From Campylobacterota bacterium (GTDB taxonomy: Bacteria > Campylobacterota > Campylobacteria > Campylobacterales > Sulfurimonadaceae): DNA of 24,216 nucleotides. Shown piece after piece: positions 18,535 through 24,216 of this stretch. The notes under the pieces are model-generated. The model did no database searches and was not told the origin of the DNA. It saw only the letters and a program-made list of their open reading frames with translations. The stretch covers positions 1-24,216 of the forward strand of contig JAYEKO010000014.1 in assembly GCA_034661055.1 (NCBI GenBank). The letters are read 5' to 3'. Positions within the stretch are counted from its first letter, which is position 1; every line of letters starts with the position of its first letter. Position numbers and translations under genes: made by a program.

Positions 18535-20288
18535 TACTTTGAACTTTCTCTTAGTTTAATGTGTAAATCACGAAGTTGTGTATTATCTACAGGGCTTGGT
18601 GCTTTAGTTAGCATACATGACGCTTTTTGTGTTTTAGGAAACGCGATAACATCACGAATACTATCTTTTTGTGCCAAGATCATAATAAGACGGTCAAGCC
18701 CCATTGCAAAACCACCATGTGGAGGCGCTCCAAATTTGAGTGCATCAAGCAAGAAACCAAACTTTTCTTGCTGCTCCTCTTCACTAATTCCAAGAAGATC
18801 AAAGATTTGTGTCTGAATATCTTCTTGATGAATACGAATCGATCCACCACCAAGCTCCGTACCATTAAGAACAATGTCATAGGCAATTGAAGATATATCT
18901 TCAACATGCTCATGGTTAATATCTTTAGGCATTGTAAATGGATGATGAAGCGCCTTAACGCGGCCATCTTCAATTTCAAACATAGGGAAGTCAACAACCC
19001 ATACAAATTCAAAACAATCTTTGTCAATTAAATTCATCTTCTCATGTTCAGCAAGGAAAATTCTAAAACGACCCATATAATCTAGTACTGTTTTCTTATC
19101 GCCAGCACCAAAAAAGACAACATCGCCCACTTCAAGCTCTGTACGCTCTATAATTAAAGCAATATCTTCTTCTGTGAAAAATTTTGTCAATGGACCTTTT
19201 AGCCCATCATCTTTCATCTGGAAGTAACCTAGACCGTGCGCACCAAATTTACGCACATACTCCTCAAAGCCTTTCATCTCACGTTTTGAGAATATGGTGT
19301 CACCAGCAGGTACCTTTAGTGCTTTAATGCGGTTGGTTTTAGGATTTTTAGCAATATTTGTAAAAATCTCATTATCACATCGTTCAAAAATATCGATGAC
19401 ATCAACCATCTTAAGATCATAACGAAGGTCAGGTTTGTCACATCCGTAACCTTCCATTGCATCATGGTAAGTCATACGATTAAATGGTAGCGACACCTCA
19501 TGTCCTGCTGCTTTAAAAACACCCTTTAAAAGTGTTTCAGCCACTTCAATAACCTCTTCTTGATTGCAAAAGCTCATCTCAACATCTATTTGAGTAAATT
19601 CTGGTTGACGGTCAGCACGAAGGTCTTCATCACGAAAACATTTTGCAATTTGAAAGTAGCGGTCAAATCCACTCACCATCAAAAGTTGCTTAAAAAGCTG
19701 TGGTGATTGTGGAAGTGCGTAGAACTCACCATCATGAACACGAGATGGTACAAGATAGTCACGTGCACCCTCTGGAGTAGATTTTGTAAGAATTGGAGTT
19801 TCAACTTCTAAGAAGCCGAGCTCATCAAGAACATTACGAGTCGCAATAGATACTTTAGAACGTAGTTTAAAGGTCTCGTATGAGTCTGTTGAGCGCAAGT
19901 CTAAATAACGATATTTAAGTTTTGTCTCTTCCCCAACACTTTTGTCGCCAATAACAAATGGCATTGGTGCACTGCGATTCTCAATAATAAGCTCTGTCAC
20001 CACAATTTCAATCTCACCAGTCTCAAGCTTAGGATTTACAAGTCCTTCACCACGAGCTCTTACTTTTCCCTTTGCAATGAGCACAAACTCATCACGAACC
20101 TCATTGGCAGTTTTGTGTGATGCTTCACTATCAGCTGGGTCACATGTCAGCTGAATCAGTCCGCTTTTATCACGGAGGTCAATAAAAATAATTCCACCAT
20201 GGTCACGGTGGTTATTTGCCCAACCGCATAAAGTGACATCGTCACCAATGTTTTTAGTAGTTAAATCAGTACAGTAATGGCTTCTCAA
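18534..20288 (-). CDS. aspS: Aspartate-tRNA ligase, probably non-discriminating Asp/Asn type
   Basis: MRSHYC start (TTG 20288, GAGGA RBS), [46 protein letters not shown]. His in RDHGG and Gly in RGEG fit the non-discriminating signature. Confidence 0.96.
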   Translation of the reverse strand: MRSHYCTDLTTKNIGDDVTLCGWANNHRDHGGIIFIDLRDKSGLIQLTCDPADSEASHKTANEVRDEFVLIAKGKVRARGEGLVNPKLETGEIEIVVTELIIENRSAPMPFVIGDKSVGEETKLKYRYLDLRSTDSYETFKLRSKVSIATRNVLDELGFLEVETPILTKSTPEGARDYLVPSRVHDGEFYALPQSPQLFKQLLMVSGFDRYFQIAKCFRDEDLRADRQPEFTQIDVEMSFCNQEEVIEVAETLLKGVFKAAGHEVSLPFNRMTYHDAMEGYGCDKPDLRYDLKMVDVIDIFERCDNEIFTNIAKNPKTNRIKALKVPAGDTIFSKREMKGFEEYVRKFGAHGLGYFQMKDDGLKGPLTKFFTEEDIALIIERTELEVGDVVFFGAGDKKTVLDYMGRFRIFLAEHEKMNLIDKDCFEFVWVVDFPMFEIEDGRVKALHHPFTMPKDINHEHVEDISSIAYDIVLNGTELGGGSIRIHQEDIQTQIFDLLGISEEEQQEKFGFLLDALKFGAPPHGGFAMGLDRLIMILAQKDSIRDVIAFPKTQKASCMLTKAPSPVDNTQLRDLHIKLRESSK

Positions 20289-20318
20289 CACTAAGATCCT
20301 CAAAATAATATTTTCGCG

Positions 20319-20413
20319 ATTATATCGTAGTGATGCTTTTGCTTTACTAATATAAGAAAAATATTTCATTTTGCACCATAAATTTACATGTAAAATAGAA
20401 GTTCGGCTATAAT
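20319..20413. promoter_or_regulatory. Divergent promoter region aspS / nadK
   Basis: TATAAT on minus (20319-20324) and on plus (20408-20413), with TTTACATGTAAA (20383-20394) between them. Confidence 0.55.
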
Positions 20414-20439
20414 TAAGAAAAACTTTATGGGAATTTTCA

Positions 20440-21297
20440 TTGAAATTAGAACGTTTTAACAAAGTAGGCATTATCCTTCGTCCCTCAACACCTGAACTTA
20501 AAGAAGTGTTTCATACAACTAAATTGCTTTTTGAAAAATTTGATATAGAAGTCTTTATTGACAATGATAGCGCTAATGCTATTGATGTTAAGGGACGTCC
20601 ATTTGAGCAACTCTGTATGACATGTGATGCTCTTGTAACTATTGGTGGTGATGGTACAATAATTTCAGCAGCACGTCGCTCGTATGCCTATCATATCCCT
20701 ATTTTAGCAATTCACGCTGGAAAATTAGGCTTTTTGGCAGACTTAGGTTTTGATGAGCTTGAAGAGTTCATACAAAAAATTATTGATGGAGACTATCGAA
20801 TTAATAAGCGCTCTATGCTTGAAGCCACTATTAAGACAAAAGATAATGAAAAGCGAGTGATTGCTTTTAATGATATTGTATTGACACGTCCATCAATTTC
20901 AAAGATGATTCACCTAGATGTTTCTGTCTCAGAGCAAGATTTTAACACTTATTATGGTGATGGTCTGGTTGTCTCAACACCGACAGGCTCAACGGCCTAC
21001 AATCTCTCTGCTGGTGGTCCTATTTTATATCCACTTAGTGAAGTTTTTGTTTTAACGCCAATTTGTCCTCACTCTTTAACGCAACGTCCTTTAGTGTTAC
21101 CAGCACATTTTGAGCTTAAAGTGAAAACATCTGATGCTCGAGGCTTAGTTATTATTGATGGTCAAGATACTTATGAATTTCATGAAAGTGATTGTATTCA
21201 TATTAAACTAGCTGCTGCTTATGCGCACTTAATTCATAAAAAAGAGTTTAACTATTTTTCTGTTTTAAAAGAGAAGCTAGACTGGGGTGATTTATGA
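20440..21297 (+). CDS. nadK: NAD(+) kinase
   Basis: [43 protein letters not shown]. Confidence 0.96.
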   Translation: MKLERFNKVGIILRPSTPELKEVFHTTKLLFEKFDIEVFIDNDSANAIDVKGRPFEQLCMTCDALVTIGGDGTIISAARRSYAYHIPILAIHAGKLGFLADLGFDELEEFIQKIIDGDYRINKRSMLEATIKTKDNEKRVIAFNDIVLTRPSISKMIHLDVSVSEQDFNTYYGDGLVVSTPTGSTAYNLSAGGPILYPLSEVFVLTPICPHSLTQRPLVLPAHFELKVKTSDARGLVIIDGQDTYEFHESDCIHIKLAAAYAHLIHKKEFNYFSVLKEKLDWGDL

Positions 21298-22838
21298 TTG
21301 AGAGATTTTACCTCAAAGATCTCTTAAGCTTTAAAGAACTTGAGTTGAACTTTTCAAAAGGGCTCATCGTCTTTACAGGTCCTAGTGGTAGCGGAAAATC
21401 ACTTTTAATGGACTCCATTTTAGCTACATTAGGGCTCAGTGATGCTAAAGCAACTCTAAGTGAGCTTGATGTCAACTGGAGTATTGATGAAGAGCGTTAT
21501 GGTTTCGAGAGCTTTGAGTCAAACTCCTTTCGTCAAATAAAAAAAGAGAAAGTGCGATACTTTGTAAATTCACAAAGCAGTTCTAAAAAAACACTTAAAG
21601 AGTTAAGCTTACAGAATTTAAAGCATCTGAGCCTTAAAGATTATAGTGACTTTGAAAATCGAAATCTTTTAGCACTTATAGATAATTTTGCAATACAAGC
21701 TAACGCTGAACATAAAATAGTTTTAAAAGAGTACGTTGCATCATACCGTGAACATAAGTATGTTTCGCAAGAGCTTGAGACACTTTTAGCAGAACAGAAA
21801 AAAATTGTTGAACTTAAAGAGTTTGCGGCATTTGAAGTTGATAAAATTGCTCAAATTGATCCCAAAGAGGGTGAAGATGAAGAGTTGTTAGAGATTAAAA
21901 AATCACTCTCAAAAAAAGAGAAAATTGAAGAGCAGATTCAACTAGCAGATGCTCTTTTTAATCATGAACACGAAGTCAGTGAAGCACTTAATCTCATTGA
22001 TGTTGAGAGCGCATTTTTTGATGATACCATGAATGAGTTACGTGCTCACTTTGACTCTGCACGTGAGCGTCTAAATAATCTTGATGATATGGATATTGAG
22101 TCGTTACTTGACCGCATCGAAGCACTATCATCACTTAAACGTCGTTATGGAAGTATTGGTGAAGCTATACTTTACCAAGAGCAGAAAATGCAAGAGCTCA
22201 ACAAATATGTGAACATAAATACAAACATAGAACAACTACAACATAAATCAGATGCACTCTATTTACATGTAAAAGAGCTTGCACATAGTATTAGCCAAAA
22301 TCGAAATAGAGTTTTAGCATCTTTTGAACAGCGTTTAAACTACTATTTAAAGATGCTTTACCTCCGAGATGCATCGTTGGAATTTTGTGACATCGAGTAC
22401 TCTGATTTAGGAAAAGATGAGTTATTGTTAAAATTAAATGGTACTATATTAAATAATATAAGTACCGGTGAATTTAATCGTCTTCGTCTCGCTATACTGG
22501 CTATTAAATCAGAGTTTATGGGAGATAACAGCGGGGTTCTAATGTTAGATGAAATTGATGCAAATCTAAGTGGAGAAGAGTCTATGAGTGTTGCTAAAGT
22601 GCTTAGAAAACTCAGCAGTAATTTTCAGATTTTTGTTATTTCTCACCAGCCACAGCTTACATCAATGGGAGATGAGCACTTTTTAATTTATAAAGAAGAT
22701 GATGAAAGTAGGGTAAAAAAATTAAATGAACTGCAACGTGAAGATGAGATAGCAAGAATGATTAGTGGTAGCTCAATATCTACTGAAGCTCGTTCATTTG
22801 CCAAAGAGCTACTAGAGAGTGCGCAATGTGCTTCATAA
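21294..22838 (+). CDS. recN: DNA repair protein RecN
   Basis: Walker A GPSGSGKS, central coiled coil, signature STGEFNRLRLA, Walker B MLDEIDANLSG, ISHQPQL, EIARMISG; classic nadK-recN pairing. Confidence 0.93.
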   Translation: MIERFYLKDLLSFKELELNFSKGLIVFTGPSGSGKSLLMDSILATLGLSDAKATLSELDVNWSIDEERYGFESFESNSFRQIKKEKVRYFVNSQSSSKKTLKELSLQNLKHLSLKDYSDFENRNLLALIDNFAIQANAEHKIVLKEYVASYREHKYVSQELETLLAEQKKIVELKEFAAFEVDKIAQIDPKEGEDEELLEIKKSLSKKEKIEEQIQLADALFNHEHEVSEALNLIDVESAFFDDTMNELRAHFDSARERLNNLDDMDIESLLDRIEALSSLKRRYGSIGEAILYQEQKMQELNKYVNINTNIEQLQHKSDALYLHVKELAHSISQNRNRVLASFEQRLNYYLKMLYLRDASLEFCDIEYSDLGKDELLLKLNGTILNNISTGEFNRLRLAILAIKSEFMGDNSGVLMLDEIDANLSGEESMSVAKVLRKLSSNFQIFVISHQPQLTSMGDEHFLIYKEDDESRVKKLNELQREDEIARMISGSSISTEARSFAKELLESAQCAS

Positions 22839-23005
22839 TTTCAGCAATTGGTCTAATATTAGGCGCACAGTTTTTTATGCAGGGCTTTTACCTGTATGGT
22901 ACTGCTGCTATTTTAGTAGCGCTCTTTTTTATAGTTTTAATGATAAAAAATATTTTACATGTAAAAAAACTACGCTCTAAAAAGGAGATGACAGATGTTG
23001 ATTGA
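22826..23005 (+). CDS. Small two-helix membrane protein (59 aa), not in the ORF track
   Basis: MCFIISAIGLILGAQFFMQGFYLYGTAAILVALFFIVLMIKNILHVKKLRSKKEMTDVD*; fills the recN-tatD gap, overlapping both; basic C-tail. Confidence 0.7.
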   Translation: MCFIISAIGLILGAQFFMQGFYLYGTAAILVALFFIVLMIKNILHVKKLRSKKEMTDVD

Positions 23006-23768
23006 CACCCATATTCACTTAGATGATGAACGCTACCGTGATGATTTAGATGATCTCTTAAATAGAGCTAGAGAACAAGGTGTTAATAAGTTTATTATTC
23101 CCGGTGCCGACCCAAAAACCTTAGAACGTGCCATAGAGATCTGTGAGACTTATAATGATGTCTATTTTGCAGTGGGAGTGCATCCTTATGATATGGACGG
23201 ATTTGACACCTTAGACTTTAGCCAATACATTAACCATGACCGATGTGTCGCAGTAGGAGAGTGTGGTCTAGATTATTACCGTCTAGAGGGTAGTAACGAA
23301 GAGAAAGAGGCTGAAAAAAAACGACAAAAAGAGATATTTAGAGCACAAATTATTATTGCAAAAGAGTACAAAAAGCCACTTATAATCCACATTAGAGATG
23401 CTAGCAGTGACTCTAAGGAGATACTCTTAGAAGAAGGAGCAGGTGAAGTTGGTGGAGTATTGCACTGCTATAATGCTGATGAACAGCTTCTCTCTCTTGG
23501 CAGTGAAGGTTTCTATTTTGGTATTGGCGGTGTTATTACCTTTAAGAATGCTCGTAAACTTGTTAGCGTACTGCCTAAAATACCACAGGATCGTCTTTTA
23601 ATTGAAACAGATGGTCCCTACTTGACACCACATCCTCATAGAGGTAAGAGAAATGAGCCACTCTATACCACTTTAGTTTCACAAAAAATCTCAGAACTTT
23701 TAGAGATAGAGTGTGAAAGCGTTAACGCTATTACTACATCCAATGCCATAAAATTATTTAAAATATAA
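22995..23768 (+). CDS. tatD: TatD-family metal-dependent DNase
   Basis: IDTHIH, GVHP, VGECGLDY, IHIRDA, LHCY, ETDGPYL.P.PHRGKRNEP; AAGGAG RBS. Confidence 0.94.
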   Translation: MLIDTHIHLDDERYRDDLDDLLNRAREQGVNKFIIPGADPKTLERAIEICETYNDVYFAVGVHPYDMDGFDTLDFSQYINHDRCVAVGECGLDYYRLEGSNEEKEAEKKRQKEIFRAQIIIAKEYKKPLIIHIRDASSDSKEILLEEGAGEVGGVLHCYNADEQLLSLGSEGFYFGIGGVITFKNARKLVSVLPKIPQDRLLIETDGPYLTPHPHRGKRNEPLYTTLVSQKISELLEIECESVNAITTSNAIKLFKI

Positions 23769-23836
23769 GCCTGCTTAATTACTTTTTTAACCTTTTTTGG
23801 ATAAAATAGAAACCATAAATTTTAAATAGGAATTGT

Positions 23837-24216
23837 ATGTTAAAAGTTGTTTTTATTACTGCCATGTTATCTATGCCCTCTTTATTTGCAGCGCTTACTT
23901 ATGAGTCAGATGATCATCAAGCGCTTGAGATAGTTCAAGCGCTTGATATAGACTCAACATTTCTAAATGATACGGTACTCAATGAGATGCTCGAAAAAAA
24001 CTTTAGTAGAGCGCATAACCGACATTTTTTTAACTCAATGATGGATGCTTATCTCTTTATTCCTGCCATTAAAAACACGTTAGCACAAGCAAATATTCCG
24101 GCTGAATTTCTCTATTTGGCTATGGCTGAATCAAACTTTCACCTTAAAGCATACTCACCAAAACGTGCAGCAGGTCTTTGGCAGTTTATGCCAAAGACCG
24201 GCAAACTGTTAGGACT
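23837..24216 (+). CDS. MltD-like lytic transglycosylase (SLT domain), 3' end runs off the window
   Basis: Signal-peptide-like start MLKVVFITAMLSMPSLFA; IPAEFLYLAMAES (catalytic Glu) and AAGLWQFMP; ggaTAAAAT at 23799-23807. Confidence 0.88.
   Translation, partial: MLKVVFITAMLSMPSLFAALTYESDDHQALEIVQALDIDSTFLNDTVLNEMLEKNFSRAHNRHFFNSMMDAYLFIPAIKNTLAQANIPAEFLYLAMAESNFHLKAYSPKRAAGLWQFMPKTGKLLG

Noticed and set aside
20289..20471. 61-aa N-terminal extension of AspS in the ORF track
   Set aside because: It crosses the divergent promoter region and overlaps nadK; homology and the RBS point to the MRSHYC start at 20288.

Overview
AT-rich (roughly 35% GC by eye) chromosomal backbone from a flagellated Campylobacterota bacterium; the gene set and promoter style suggest a Sulfurimonas-like organism (inference). 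Order: rpoD (partial), sigma54-driven flgF-flgG, leuD-leuB-TPR-CiaD-like-purU-trmL, a CI/LexA-like S24 repressor with an NlpC/P60 lipoprotein, a minimal flagellar-rod-like protein, dapD, an ankyrin protein, a tightly coupled minus-strand run cinA-like/orphan trpB/SCO/His-rich membrane GGDEF-EAL/NosL, tandem long and short adenylate kinases, aspS, nadK-recN-tatD and a partial MltD-like transglycosylase. No rRNA, tRNA, CRISPR array, transposase or prophage was seen. Best leads: (1) a candidate copper-loaded membrane sensor controlling c-di-GMP, flanked by two copper chaperones; (2) a strongly over-represented palindrome (TT)TACATGTA(AA), 10 copies, always read as L/I-H-V inside genes; (3) a stand-alone autocleavable repressor facing an unannotated 27-aa ORF; (4) several unannotated small membrane proteins.
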